NCBI RefSeq assembly: GCF_001194135.2
Contig: NC_068985.1
Coordinates: forward strand, 69,199,134 to 69,263,133
DNA: 64,000 nucleotides
Source: Octopus bimaculoides
Taxonomy: Eukaryota
Direction of reading: 5' to 3'
The notes under the pieces are model-generated. The model searched no databases and had not been told where the DNA came from. It worked only from the letters and a program-made list of their open reading frames with translations. Below, piece by piece: positions 14,191 through 26,940 of the stretch. The stretch's first letter is position 1. Each line of letters begins with the position of its first letter. Position numbers and translations under genes: made by a program.

Positions 14191-17100
14191 CACACGCACA
14201 AATGCACGCAGGCACGCACAGAAACAGAAACATACACACATCCAAACACCCCCGCACGCGCCTAGATAGAGGCATGTATCTTCTAGTATAGATAACGGTC
14301 TGTAGTCGGGTAGACGGAAACATGGCATAACTATGTCGAATAGAATATTTGTGTAAAATAATCTGTCATTTTGATTGGTTTAACGAATTTTGCATTCTAA
14401 CAAATATACCGAACAGGTATATTCAGAGTTTAGGATGGATTGATATCACAGGGTTCTGCTCCCTACTGCGTAAAGTAGAAATGTGTGTTGTTTCTTCCCT
14501 AATTTTTCTTCCTCCACCACTAAGAAGAAAAAGTAAAAATTAAATAGGTCATTGAAGTTGACCTGTCTGACTCAGATAAATAAAAAGGATGATTGAGATA
14601 TAAATTAAAGCCACCATATCTATACCTGAATTTCATATTTGCTTTATCTCACAACTATTTATACTTGTCATCATACTTTAAGTAGCGTTTGATGGTTGCA
14701 TGCGTTTGTATTTTAAATCCGACGCCACGTTCACCCTTGGTGAGGAGAACATGCAATCGTTGCTGTTTTAGTCATCACCAACGCATATATTTTTCAGTGA
14801 GTGTAGACATTAACCTGTAACTGTGCAACAGGTATGCGCTAATATATTGACTTTTCAATATATAGTGCATGAGCTTTCAGAGAAATGTACTTCGTATTTT
14901 CACGTTGCTGAATGGCATCGAAGGTCTTAAATGAACATTTTATCTTATTCGTTTTTCTTTTGATTCACTCATTCTTGCCGATAGCTATACATATACTCTT
15001 TCGACAAGCTTGATGAGTTGAGACCAACCGATACGCGATGCTTTAAAGTCCAAATAATAAAATCACTAATGGCATGCTTCCTGTAATGAGGCAATCAATG
15101 AATTAAATTTCCACCATATTGAAGAGAAAGATTCATTATTTTAATGATATCTTTCCTCATCACCATAAGTATCACTTTACTTCATTATTTAATGTAGTTC
15201 TGTTTACACGGAAAATGTCAGCATGATGAACAGTAAAAAAATGTTATAATAGCTCGACAGGAAAAAAAGTTGGACGAAAATATCAATGTTCAAATCTAGA
15301 CAGAATGATAAATCTAAAGAACATGCTGAAGTTTAGAGAAGTTGATCAAGGATAGACAACTAACGCTAAACGGAATGATGGAAAGCATAATGATATGATC
15401 AACATAGGTGAAATAACTGAATTTGAATTGAAGTATCCTTGTTGTAGAGGTTGATCAAAAGAGAAAATAATATAAGTTAGACTGAATGCTCAAGTCTTGA
15501 GAGTGTCACGAAAGCTAGACTGGATAAAAGAGGCTTGCTTAACCTGCAGGTTAAGATCTATATAAGCATAATAGCCGTTAGAATTCACATTGCCTGCTTG
15601 TTTTCATCAATCTCCAAAACAAGAAATATATTGCACAAAATTTTCTCCTAGACCAGAGTTTCAGATCCGCTGGCATTAATATAATAAAGTTAACGTCTGT
15701 AACCTAACCTCTTAATGTTGTCATTAGTGTTGCAGACATTTCCTCTGACTAAAGACACAAGTTTCAGAAGAATTTATATGATTCGTGTAAACATCGAGTT
15801 ACACATGTTCTTTTAATGATTTCAATGTTGTCAATGGCAGTGTGGTCGTGCTGGAAAACCAGCCTGAAGAAACTCGATGAATTACACCTCATCCAATAAT
15901 TTTTCTCCTACTTAAGTTATTGATCTGTGTATTGCATTTATCCTTTTGGCAGACAAGCCACGATAACAAGAGGCATCTATGTTGTCAAAATTCCTGAATC
16001 TGCTATTCTAATGCTCTTCACATCCTTTGTTAACGTTTTAATATTAAATAAAGGTGAGGGACAAAACGCACCGATGACATGCATGAGCCTACTCTCTACT
16101 ATATCCATCCCGTAATACGAATGATATTTAATTACTGGCTCTAAAAAGTTTTTAAAAACCATCAAAAACAAATACGACCTCGGTAGGATTCGAATTGAAA
16201 ATGTGTGCTTTAGCTAAACACCACAAAGCATTTTTACAAGCACTCTAATGACCGTGAAAATGCATCCAACTCATCCTATAAAGCTGCTACACCAGTGTAA
16301 ATAGATGCATAGCGTCTCAGAGGATGAACCATCGTCTGGAAGTGCCTCAAGGCTACCATACCTAGTCAAGATATTCTGTACTTCAGTCATTTATTCACGT
16401 TCCATAAATTTGTAATCATACTTGCCTTTTGTTATTTCTAACTAGACGCGTTCAGAATATATGCCTCAGCCTTGTACCATGCAGATTATTAATATTATTA
16501 TTAATTTCTGCAATCCTCATTCTCATATTCAGAAATCCTTCACAAAATCATGATTTTTTAACATTCAAAAGAAACTTTTGCTACGCTATTGTAACATAAG
16601 TCTATCGATGTTCTTTTACATCAAGCCCACCCTATCTAAGCAGACATAACAAAAGGCATTATACACTTAACAAACTGGTCATGATAATTTTACCTACGTT
16701 TGAAAGAGGTTTAGCTGGTATTTCTAGCATATCAAATACCAGCTATCGTTTGCCACTGAATATATTGCATTTATTTAATTGTAGATGAAATAATAAGTCA
16801 AATATTATTTAGAATGTATTGGCAGCATCTCAGAACATATGTATCTTGTATTACAAGCAACGACTCTCTGGCTATATTAGAAAAGTGATCACAAGAGACA
16901 ATTTATTGGGTACATTAAATAAGATCACATTACCCTACTGGCTATGTTACAGAACATGACATACATGAAAATATATTGAAAATGGTTGAAAATTCTCATT
17001 TGTAAACAATTTAACATGTTCAAATAACAACAATACCAAAGCAAAATTGCTGCTGGAGAGCAACCATTACACGAGAAATTTAATTACACAAACATATTTC

Positions 17101-18813
17101 GTTTTGATTGTTAGTGATTTGATAACAATACTGCTAGAAACCAATTTCTCAGCTAAATATTTGTATTAATTTCAATAACAATTGTGTTTTGTACAATATA
17201 TAAAGCTGTATTTTATAAGAAACCAAATACACACCATATTCTAGTGATCTATGCGTTCATATAAGTGCAAACATGAACATTTGCATGCACATTTTATTAG
17301 TACTGCACACTTTACATTACTGTTTGTCTATATATAGTCAGTTCGTATTTAGATTATTGTTTATACTTTGTTTTTTAATCTGCACTTATAGAAAACAGTC
17401 TGCTATTTGTTCATATGCAATGGAAAAAAGGATTTAATACGACCTGACGCTTGTATCAAAGACCTTTCTTTCTACAGAGAGTGTGCTTTCTGGCGCCAAA
17501 GAATGGAGGGTTCAATCCATAAACGTTGAACATGAAATGGGCTATATTTAAACTGATAGACGAATATTGTTGTTTAGTTTCCATGTCAGCCGCACTCGAG
17601 TAGACTCATTATTAAACGCGTCTCAAACCCAGTTAACCTCGTCTGTTCTTTCTTGGCCGGTTTCTTTCGGATCACATGATTAAAGAGTGTGTTATTTGTT
17701 CATTCGGAAGGTATGGTCAGATAACAGTAACTTTCGTTTCCTATATATATTGGGACGAACGAACTCGTACTCTGTGCTTGCTTGGTAAGGATTTACTCGT
17801 ATTATCGTTCTGTAGGGAAACACTTTGTGCGTATGAACCCTAATGTATAGTATTTTGATCTTTTGATTACTAACGTACAACTATAGGGTACAATGCAGTG
17901 TCGTCCACCATAGGGAGTCATTTATAACACTCATTACCAAAAGTGGATTACATACATGCAGGTGTTACACGCATGCATACAGACACACACACATTCACAC
18001 ACATGTATGCATGAATGTATGGAGGAATCATGCTATGTGATTTTTGTATGTGTCATCCATATACAGAAGGAAAATCCACATACACGGAGAAAAAATAGAA
18101 TATAATAGTGATCTATTTTGATTGTGACTCTGGTTGTTAATTACCTTTAGAGCGTCGCCTTTGTTTGTCTGAGTTTATGTACACATGTGTTTCTGTCACT
18201 GATCGTACCCGCGCCTGTGTCTGTCACTGATCGTATCCGCGCCTGTGTGTCTGTGGGTGTATCTTTTTTGGACATACATTTGTATCTATTCTTTAACATC
18301 ACCAGCTAGAATAAGCTTTCCACACATTCATTACCAAGCAAAATTTATATAACTGTTTAGTTTATATATTTGTTACATAGCCGAATATTCTCCTAAATAA
18401 GTATATCAAAAATAGAATTTAAGTAATTTCTTATCAATGGTGTACGGATAGATATCAAAACGGTCAGCTAGATTGTTAACAAACGTTGTTAGCTCCTGAC
18501 ATTTGGTAAAGCGAGAGTATAACATAAGCAATTGTGTAATATTAAGGAAAAAAATATTTATTAATGCGGAAGATTATTTAAAAAGTAAACATATAATTAA
18601 TGAATATACTTGGCAAGGAGAACTGTAATGTGGAAATCCGCATGTTGATCAAACTACTTTACATCCCCTTAATTTGATTTCACTTAGGTGAAGTTAAATA
18701 TGAAATTTGGCACCGGTAAATAAATATTTTCAGATATCATGTCTTATGTAAATGGAACTCATCAGAAATATTTTCTGTTGCAGGAAAGGACTCATATATT
18801 CACTTTGGATCAA

Positions 18814-18860
<47 letters not shown>

Positions 18861-18996
18861 CATGAAAACTCACAGCTTATTTTGCTGGGTATGATAGAAA
18901 GTGTCAGCTGTCCACAGCCAGCAGAGTAACGTGACACTTGTTAATGGGTCATGCTTCAAGAACCCTGCTAAGAATTTGATTTTTGTAGGTATTCTA
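18814..18996 (-). mobile_element. 3' end of a Dong/R4-clade LINE (ORF end, 3'UTR, (GAT)n tail), split off by the mariner insertion
   Basis: Minus strand: (G)TA GAA TAC CTA CAA AAA TCA ... ATT CTT AGC AGG GTT CTT GAA GCA TGA = VEYLQKS..ILSRVLEA*, then ~85 nt UTR and (GAT)n at 18814-18860. It continues the ORF that stops at 20190. Confidence 0.8.
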
Positions 18997-20189
18997 TTAG
19001 ATTGTTCCGAACATAATGGCCGCTCCAAGTGTTGTGTTTTGAAACGCAATTTAATCATAGTATTTTAATTATATTTTAGGTGAATCTCGACATGCTGAAT
19101 AATTGACGTAGGCTCTTTAATAATTTTCTACTTATTTCAGACAGAAAACATTCTTGAAGAATAGGTGCCTTTTATTATAAACGTGGCAAAAAAGGACCTT
19201 CGCTTACTATTCTTGCATGAGTTGAAGCTTGGGCACAATGCTTCCCAAACCGCTGCCAATATCAACAGAGCATTGGGAAAGGGGTCCACAATGATCGCAC
19301 AATTCAAAGGTGGTGTCAGAATTCCGTAGTGGTGATGAGAGTCTTGAAGATGAAGAAGGTAGAGACAGTCATGCAGTCTTGACAATGAGCAATTGAAAGC
19401 AATTGTGGAACGAAACGTCAACGTTTCAGAGAAATGTTTCAGGCACTTACTGTCGGTATTACAACGGTCACACGCAATCTGCAGAAGATTGGTAAGGTGA
19501 AAAGGTTTGAAAAATGGGTACCGCATAAGCTCAATGAAAATCAAAATTTCGGCATTTTTAATTGTGCTCGTTACTGTTTCTGAGAAACACCAATGGTCCC
19601 TTAATTCACCGAATAAAGTGGATACTTTATGATAACCGTAAACGATCAGGTCAATGGTTTGATCGTGATGAGTCCCCCAAACATTTCCCAAGCCAAAGTT
19701 GCATCAGCAAAAGATTATGGTGACTGTCTGGTGGTCTGCAATTTGTATTGTCCATTACAGTTTTCTGGAGCATTACACCAAAGGTTTACTGCATTCAACT
19801 CGGTGAAACTCATGCTCACTTACATAAAATGAGATTAATTGGTTAAACAGCGTGGTCTAAATCTGCTTCACGATAATGCAAAGCCTCCTGATGCAAGAAT
19901 GATGCTGAAGAAACTCAAAGACTTGGGATACGAGGCTTTACCACATCCTTCATATTCTCATGATCTCTCACCCAATGACTATCATTTTTAAGCATAAAGC
20001 TTTCAGGTCCAAACCAGAGGTGAAATCAGCTTTCAAAGGTTTCTTAGCATCAAAGCCAATGACTTTTTATCAACGATGTATAAAACATCGACAAAAATAT
20101 ATAGATGTTCACGGTTGATATTTTCACTAATCAAAACATTTCTTTTGTTAATATTTCTTAAATCGGCCATTATTTTCGTAACAACCTAA
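18997..20189 (+). mobile_element. full-length mariner (Tc1/mariner, D,D34D-type) DNA transposon with pseudogenised transposase
   Basis: 28-bp TIRs: TTAGATTGTTCCGAACATAATGGCCGCT (18997-19024) and ATCGGCCATTATTTTCGTAACAACCTAA (20162-20189), 4 mismatches; TA on the left and CA (mutated TA) on the right. Frameshifted transposase from ~19180: KDLRLLFLHELKLGHNASQTAANINRA, KWVPHKLNENQ, KWILYDNRKRSGQW, KIMVTVWWS, LLHDNAKP, HPSYSHDLSPNDYH. Confidence 0.95.
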
Positions 20190-20675
20190 CACCATTGCAC
20201 TTGCACCGATCTTTTTTCAGCAATGTTGGTAGTTGACAGCTGATACTTCCAAGTGCACCAATTACTATTGTTATCACGTCTACTCCCTTCATTGACCACA
20301 ACCTTCGTATTTTCCACTTTAAATCATCATAAATAAATATTTGTTGCTCTTCTTCTTTCACATTGATCCTGTGTCACCCGGAAATGTTATGTCAAATATC
20401 AAGAAGTGTTTTTTTCTGTTTTTATTAACCACAACAATGTCCGGTTTCTGATGTCTGGTTGGATGATCGCAGTGAATCATTGCATCCCACAGGATTTTGC
20501 AATTCTCATTTTCGGTGAATCCTTCTGGAGTTTGGTCATATCACGTCTTTGCTCATTGTTGGCTATGGTTTCCACAGAGCTCCCAATGGATCATTCTTAT
20601 CACATTGTCATGGCGTCTTTTTTATTCGGGTTGTGCCAATTTCGGGCATTCGCTAACGATATATCACATTCACTC
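20190..20675 (-). mobile_element. Dong/R4-clade LINE C-terminal fragment (REL endonuclease), copy A
   Basis: IVSECPKLAQPE*KRRHDNVIRMIHWELC...ENENCKILWDAMIHCDHPTRHQKPDIVVVNK, then YDDLKWKIRRLWSMKGVDVITIVIGALGSI (ORF 20170-20361). Confidence 0.9.
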
Positions 20676-20679
20676 CATT

Positions 20680-21250
20680 TTAGATGGAGAGTGCTTTCCG
20701 TAGTATATGGGCTGTACCCATCAAGGTTATCTTTCGTAGTTCACAGAGATTGACGTTACCAGGGAGTTGCTTTATATACTTCTCAGCTACGTTCTTTATC
20801 ATTCCCAACGCACCAATCACTGCTGGTATTTTTTTTATCGTAGTACTAAGCTTCCACATTTTTGTGATTTCAATTTGCAGATCTTTATAGTGAGAAAGCT
20901 TTATGTATTCCTGTCCTGAGACATTTTGATTATGTGGGGCAGACATATCTATTACCAGTAGTCATTGATCACAATGTCTGGTCAATTGGAATCAATTTTT
21001 CTGTGTGTTTGTTTTGAGAAGTTTGAAAGGATGGTGACGCTCTCGCTATTTACTACATCCTCTGGATATTATTTGTACCACTTATATAATGGGATTTAGT
21101 TTTGTAGTATTTACAAGCATTCCAGTAGATGTACTACCCTAGTCTGTCATGTCTTAGGAGGTACTCCTTTTCAGCAAGTATTGAGCAGCGACAAGACAAC
21201 ATAATCAATTACTTCTGTGAATTTTCCGCAAATTCTGCACGTGGAATAAC
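20680..21250 (-). mobile_element. Dong/R4-clade LINE C-terminal fragment, copy B (different subfamily)
   Basis: CRICGKFTEVIDYVV..CSILAEKEYLLRHDRLG*YIYWNACKYY, then EYIKLSHYKDLQIEITKMWKLSTTIKKIPAVIGALGMIK...ITLMGTAHILRKALSI* (ORF 20680-20946). Confidence 0.9.
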
Positions 21251-21737
21251 GTCAGGTTCAATAGTAATAGTGAGACAGAACTTGGTGAACATTTAGAAAA
21301 CGACTTGTTATTGTATATTCTCAGAAGATATTCTGAATCTATTACATCTTAAGTGCTTAAAATGCATTGGGACAAATGTCTGTGAGTTATTAACATCGCG
21401 CCCTGAAGGTATGAACAAAATGATAGGGAAATTTGATCATATTTACTGTTTAATTAAATGTTCTTCCTTTTCTTACTATTTCCGTTTTCTTTTCTATTTT
21501 CTCTTTTTTCTTTCTTTTTTCCCTTTGCCAGTTGTAAATTTGAAAATTGAAGACTGATGACGTCATTCCATCAAAGTGGGAACGCAGGATTACTGCGTTA
21601 AAACATTTCAAGTTGAATTTCAACAATTTTGTATTTCTATGTATCGTTTGAAATTGAACTGGACAAAGACAGGCAAGCTCTCAAAATATAGTTCAAACTA
21701 ATAAAATATCCATTGCAATCGCATCACATTCTTCGTA

Positions 21738-21750
21738 TAATAATAATAAC

Positions 21751-21798
<48 letters not shown>

Positions 21799-21818
21799 TA
21801 TTATTATTATTCTTCTTC

Positions 21819-21854
<36 letters not shown>

Positions 21855-21862
21855 TTATTATC
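21738..21862. repeat. (AAT)n followed directly by (ATT)n (self-complementary)
   Basis: Directly visible. Confidence 0.95.
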
Positions 21863-22219
21863 AAATGAGCAATATCCTATTTGAATAGAGCTGAAGGCCA
21901 GTTAAGAGACATCTAAAAGAATAAAAGGCAGCTGAGTTCCACAAAACATCCAACTCTAGATCCCCCACAGCGTATGGTTTGTAACAACAGTGGAAGCAGC
22001 AGCTAGAGTGAAGGGAGCGAAAACAGCAGCAGCACCAACACTAACAATAATTGCATTAGCAGCGGCTGATACAGCACAACTGCAGCATGAAAGCCAGGAA
22101 GAGAACCAAGAACAGGGACAGAAAAAGCAATAATCACAACAACAAGACCAAATCGTGATACTTCAGAAAAATTCTAACCTAACATCCTCTCTTTCATACT
22201 CTTTGTTATAACTTCTCCG

Positions 22220-22342
22220 CTCTCTCTCTCTCTCTCTCTCTCTAGCTGTCTCTTCTTTTCTCTCTCTCTATTGCTGTCTCTTCTTCTCTCTCTCTCTTGC
22301 TGTCTCTTCTCTCTCTCTCTTGCTGTCTCTTCTTCTCTATAT

Positions 22343-22388
<46 letters not shown>
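22220..22388. repeat. interrupted (CT)n microsatellite
   Basis: Directly visible. Confidence 0.9.
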
Positions 22389-22390
<2 letters not shown>

Positions 22391-23619
22391 TTCTGTCTTT
22401 CAAACACAAACATACACATGGTTACACACGGAAACATACATCTACCATCACCCACATTGGAGCTTTCCGATGTGAAAATGTGGAGAGGAATGGGGCTATG
22501 AAGTTATAATGTTCTAAGAAAACCGATAAGTATATAAATGAAGGACACAAATTCTTTTTTTAAATATAAACCCCCGGAAAGCAAATCATATGATCACAAC
22601 AGCATGAACGATGCAAGAGACCTCCTTCAGCAACAGCTCCTCCACTGCACCATCAATAACAACCACCTGCAAAAAACGGAATACAAACACAGAAACAACA
22701 CCAGTAACAGTCCCATATATACAACAACACATATTCCACCAACATTTTTGTAGACACGTAAAGCGAATAAATGAAATTAGCCTTGTTTATCGCACTTAAG
22801 GAAAATATTAAGATATATGGAGAGATCGTCGGGTATAGATTTATGAAAGTATAATACAATTTGAAATGAATAAGGCTGAATTTAGGGACATATGAAACAT
22901 TAAGGGGGAGATTCGACAATGACGTGAGAAGTCCGAAAGTAAGGGCCAGCTCTTCCTAAAGAACCTCAAAATTTCATGAAATCGGTAACACCAGTTTTTT
23001 ACAACATGTAAGAAGTGACGAATCATGGTCGCTTGTCTCCACCAGAATTGGGGCGGGAGCTAAATTTCCTTGAATGGCCGAGCGAGATAGGTGTATGCCT
23101 TAATCGCACCGGTAATCTGCAACCACCTGCCTGAAATACCTTGCCACAATTTAGGGCTAACAAGAATACAGGGATTGATATTCCACTTTTTGTGGAGGAT
23201 ATTTATCCACTATTCAGACGGTTTAGTTGATGTCAAAATTCACTGGTGGAGGACTGGCCATACTGTGAATAATCATACGGAGACATTAGCTGAGGCTACG
23301 ACATCTCCAACATTTCGTGGACGTCATTTATATTTTTATGTTTATATTTATATTTTTTATATAATTTACATTTTTATTTTTTATATTTTTGCAGGCTGCG
23401 GAAACAGGTTTATGTTTTCTGGTACCTGATTACATAGGGGCATGTATAAGTTAATTCGTTGATGATATAAACTAATTCTTAAAGCGTGATTTATAGAAGC
23501 TAAAAATAAACTCTCAGTTTCTTTGTTTCAGTCTCTCCTACGAAGCCATTCGCACCGCAACTCACCATTTCTCGCTCATTCTTTTTTCTCTGGACTTTTC
23601 TATGAAACTGCATATCTTC

Positions 23620-24640
23620 TAATGCTTTCAAAAGTTTATCCAGTTTTGATGGGATTTCCTCTTTTCGAATTCAGCATAAGTTTGTCCTAGTTCTGTAGCA
23701 GCATGTTTAAGTGGTTCTTCATTCTGTGCATGGTAGTGATATTTCTGAACTTTGCTCCTCATCCACATAATCACAAAGCTCTTCCCTTCTCGTTTTCATA
23801 TTCATGTCCAAAGCATGACATTCACCTTTGAATGAAACACTCTAGGTTTAGTTAGGTTTCTTATCGTTTTTCTGTTTTAGGCATCTATTTCATCTTTCGG
23901 CAACTTCACTATGCAAGCACTATAAGATGGCAGCTGACCGTATATTGATCCCATTTATCAAATTACTTGAATTATGTTTGGACTTTAATCTCTTCCAATA
24001 TATTGTTTTCACTTCTTCCTTTATTTCCTAATACATAACGCTATCGATTCCTCGCAGGTCTAGATATTTTTATTCATTGTCATCAAGTTTTAAACCCATG
24101 TGTTTGATACGTTTGTTTCATTAAAATGAGTCGTATTCTCTCATTGCTAAAGCCGCACATTTTGATAAACAAAACTCCATTCTAATATCCCTGATATCCA
24201 CACGTACTATTTTTCAAAGTTTGAATATGTCTTTAAGTCAGCCATGAAAAATAGACAATTCAAGACGGGTGCATTCTTCCTGTTTTATATCCGATGCTAC
24301 GATTTCGAAGTCAATGAGATAGGTAAATAGCACGATAACAAATATGAAAAGGTTAAAAGCATTAACCAAGATGATTCGTATTTTAATAGCTACACTTCTC
24401 AGTGATTTCGTGTTCACTATCATTCCATACCAGCACTGAAGGTTTCAGTACGTTTTGGCCATTCCAAGATCTTCAGGATTTCCATATCTCAATGATGGCG
24501 TGCCACATCGTAAGACTTTATGAATTCCATCCATGTCATATAAAAATTAGTGTTCTCACATGCACTAAACAGATAATATTTGCTGACTATCTGGAGATTT
24601 TGTCTTTAAAAAGTAGTAAAGCGTCTCACACCAATTGATG
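23620..24640 (-). mobile_element. degenerate Dong/R4-clade LINE reverse transcriptase fragment
   Basis: Minus translation KIVRVDIRDIRMEFCLSKCAALAMR (cf. VRIFSxDIGMEFGxxKCA), then KYLDLRGIDSVMY*EIKEEVKTIYWKRLKSKHNSSNLINGINI (cf. YKYLG..MKEK..LxSxNLIxxIN). Confidence 0.8.
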
Positions 24641-24984
24641 GTATGTTTTCTCGACAAATCTGTTGCGCTTAAACAGATACACATTCACAATGTAATGTTT
24701 CAGCTCGATTAATTTTGCATAAACGATTTGATTGATCTGTAAGTTAAGTTTGCTCCTGCTTTCAATCTTACTGAAGTATATCTGTATGTCGCCTGAAATC
24801 CATTTTTACTACTACCCAAGAACTTTTTTCTCTTTCTTCTCTGCATGTTTTACAACCAAATATTCACTGATGCCGGAGAACTGCAAAAATAACAATAGAG
24901 GAGAATCCAGCTGGTTATGATGTAACCTGGATGGCAGCGACCGTATTTTACAACGCATAAGAAGAAATATCAATACTGCAAATG

Positions 24985-25445
24985 AAAGAGCGAGAGGAAC
25001 TTGTAGGTAAGGCGCAGCCATGCTCCATCCCAGGTAGGTCAATCCAGGACAAGATTCATCACTTACGCTACAACTTAGACAGTAAATGTGGGGTAATGGT
25101 CCATTTAGACCAACGTAAAGCTTTCGATAGGGTAGACCACCAGTACCTAGCGGAAGTCCGTGAGGCGGCTGGGCTAGGTTCGGACTTTCGCGGTTGGATC
25201 AAGGCCATTTATGGTGGCATCATATCCACAGTCAAAATAAGCGGTTACTTGTCGGATCCGTTTGAGATGCAGTGCTCGGTTCGTCAATGGTGCCTCCTGT
25301 CTCCGCTTCTGTATGTATTGACTCTTGAGCCATTGCCATGGAGGTTGGAGAGTTTGGGAGGCATCCCCAATGAAATCGGATGTGGTAAGCCTGTTTCTCT
25401 ATATGCAGATGACGTCACCTTCACCGTGTCCAATGTAACTCAAAT
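24985..25445 (+). mobile_element. L1/Tx1-clade LINE RT fragment
   Basis: ORF 24982-25515: AQPCSIPGRSI, HLDQRKAFDRVDHQYL, VRQWCLLSPLLYVLTLEPL, SLYADDVT (RT motifs). Confidence 0.92.
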
Positions 25446-26440
25446 TTCTACAAATATGGTGGCTCAGAGAGGCGGGTGTTTAAATGCACGTAGCCTCGGG
25501 TCACCCGTGAAGTAGGATCATCTTCTAAATGACCTAAAGTCTAGGATGGATTATGGTTGCCATGTGTGGGGTCTCAATTTCAGACACGCACGTTAGCATC
25601 CATTTATGGTTATTTAGAGACATTATTAGTATTTCTTAGTCGGTATGGATTGAGTTGCTGAATAGCAACATTTTTTCGGAGAGATCTGATCCTCAACATT
25701 TGGTAGGTCACTCTGGACGCGAACGTTGAGACATTGGTCTTGGACATTAAAAGTATTAAATGTGATGCCTTTAGACAAAGTTGCCTTGTATGGTCTTGAC
25801 ATGTCCACGAAAGCAGGTGTTGTTAAGTGTTGGTAAGTTTACTGGGAACATGCCTCTGCCACTCCATATTGACAGTTGTCGACTGGAACAACATCTTCAA
25901 TGTATTCTGGATTGTGGAGAATTAACTGTAAAAGGGTTGCATGTAAAAGCGTCACGGACTTGTTCAAGCATTTCCAACTGCCTGAGAAGTACCTCCTATG
26001 TTTCCTAGATAGATTATTGTGGACAAAGGCAAAAAGTACCCAGTGCATTATTTAGGAAGTATATGTGGTCCATAATTTCAAATGTATAGCAAGGTTAATC
26101 ACATATTTGTTATCTCCACTGTCGATGTACACATACTACATAGACAGGGATTCGACTACTGGATCTGAATGCGATTTATCCATCTTACTAAGCAATTATA
26201 ATTAAGGTGTTATTTACTAATAACATATTTTAATATTTTCATACATTTATGGAAAAATTTCAACTGAAGTCTGGTTCTACAGTTTTATAATATTAAGTTT
26301 GAAGTAGTTATATGATACAATCCTTTTGGCAAAGACCAATCTTAAGACTACCAGTCTTTTACGGTGGAGGGTAACGAATAACAAATCTCTTATATTCTAG
26401 TTAATGTGTCTCCATCTTTCGAATCCAAAACGCATTTAAC

Positions 26441-26940
26441 CTAATTCATAAAATTGCGTTTTCTTCTAAACTTAAATGTATAAAACTGGTTATGTAATCT
26501 AGATTTCCAAATAGTAGCAGATGGACGTATGACATAATACGTTCGAACCCCTGCAATTACCATACAATGATATACTACTTTCTTCCTTTGATGTTGATTT
26601 TCTAACGGATAGATAAGTTTTGTTTTATAATTACAAAGACGTTTATTCACTCGCATGTAGCACACGTGTTTAAAGGAATTAGTACTGACACTACTTTCAG
26701 AATTAGGTGGGTGTTGATCCAGGACAATAAGTATTATTGTAATCAATATTACTAGGTTAAAAACAACAACTACATAAAAGTTACTATCAACTTTAATGTT
26801 GGAATTAACTTCACCTAAGGTATCAAAAATAACTTCAGGAAACTTAGCGTTAGAGTTTATCTCAAAATTGACCTTATCGGTCCAATTCGTGTTTACTAAT
26901 TTTAAGCTATGATACTGTCTAATTTTTTCTTTTTGTATGT
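26441..26940 (-). mobile_element. Penelope-like element fragment (linker plus GIY-YIG endonuclease), degenerate
   Basis: RLCNYKTKLIYPLENQHQRKKVVYHCMVIAGVRTYYVIRPSATIWKSRLHNQFYTFK resembles PLE CNCRxKxxCPLxGxCxxxxVVYxATV..YIGxTxxxFKxRxxNHxxSF. The frame stays open upstream with VNTN..KFPE..NSNIKV. Confidence 0.7.

Noticed and set aside
15538-15555. 18-bp perfect palindrome CTTAACCTGCAGGTTAAG
   Set aside because: About 0.25 expected by chance in 64 kb (64000/4^9); no supporting context.
18193-18248. 28-bp direct duplication
   Set aside because: Ordinary slippage duplication in a TG-rich context.
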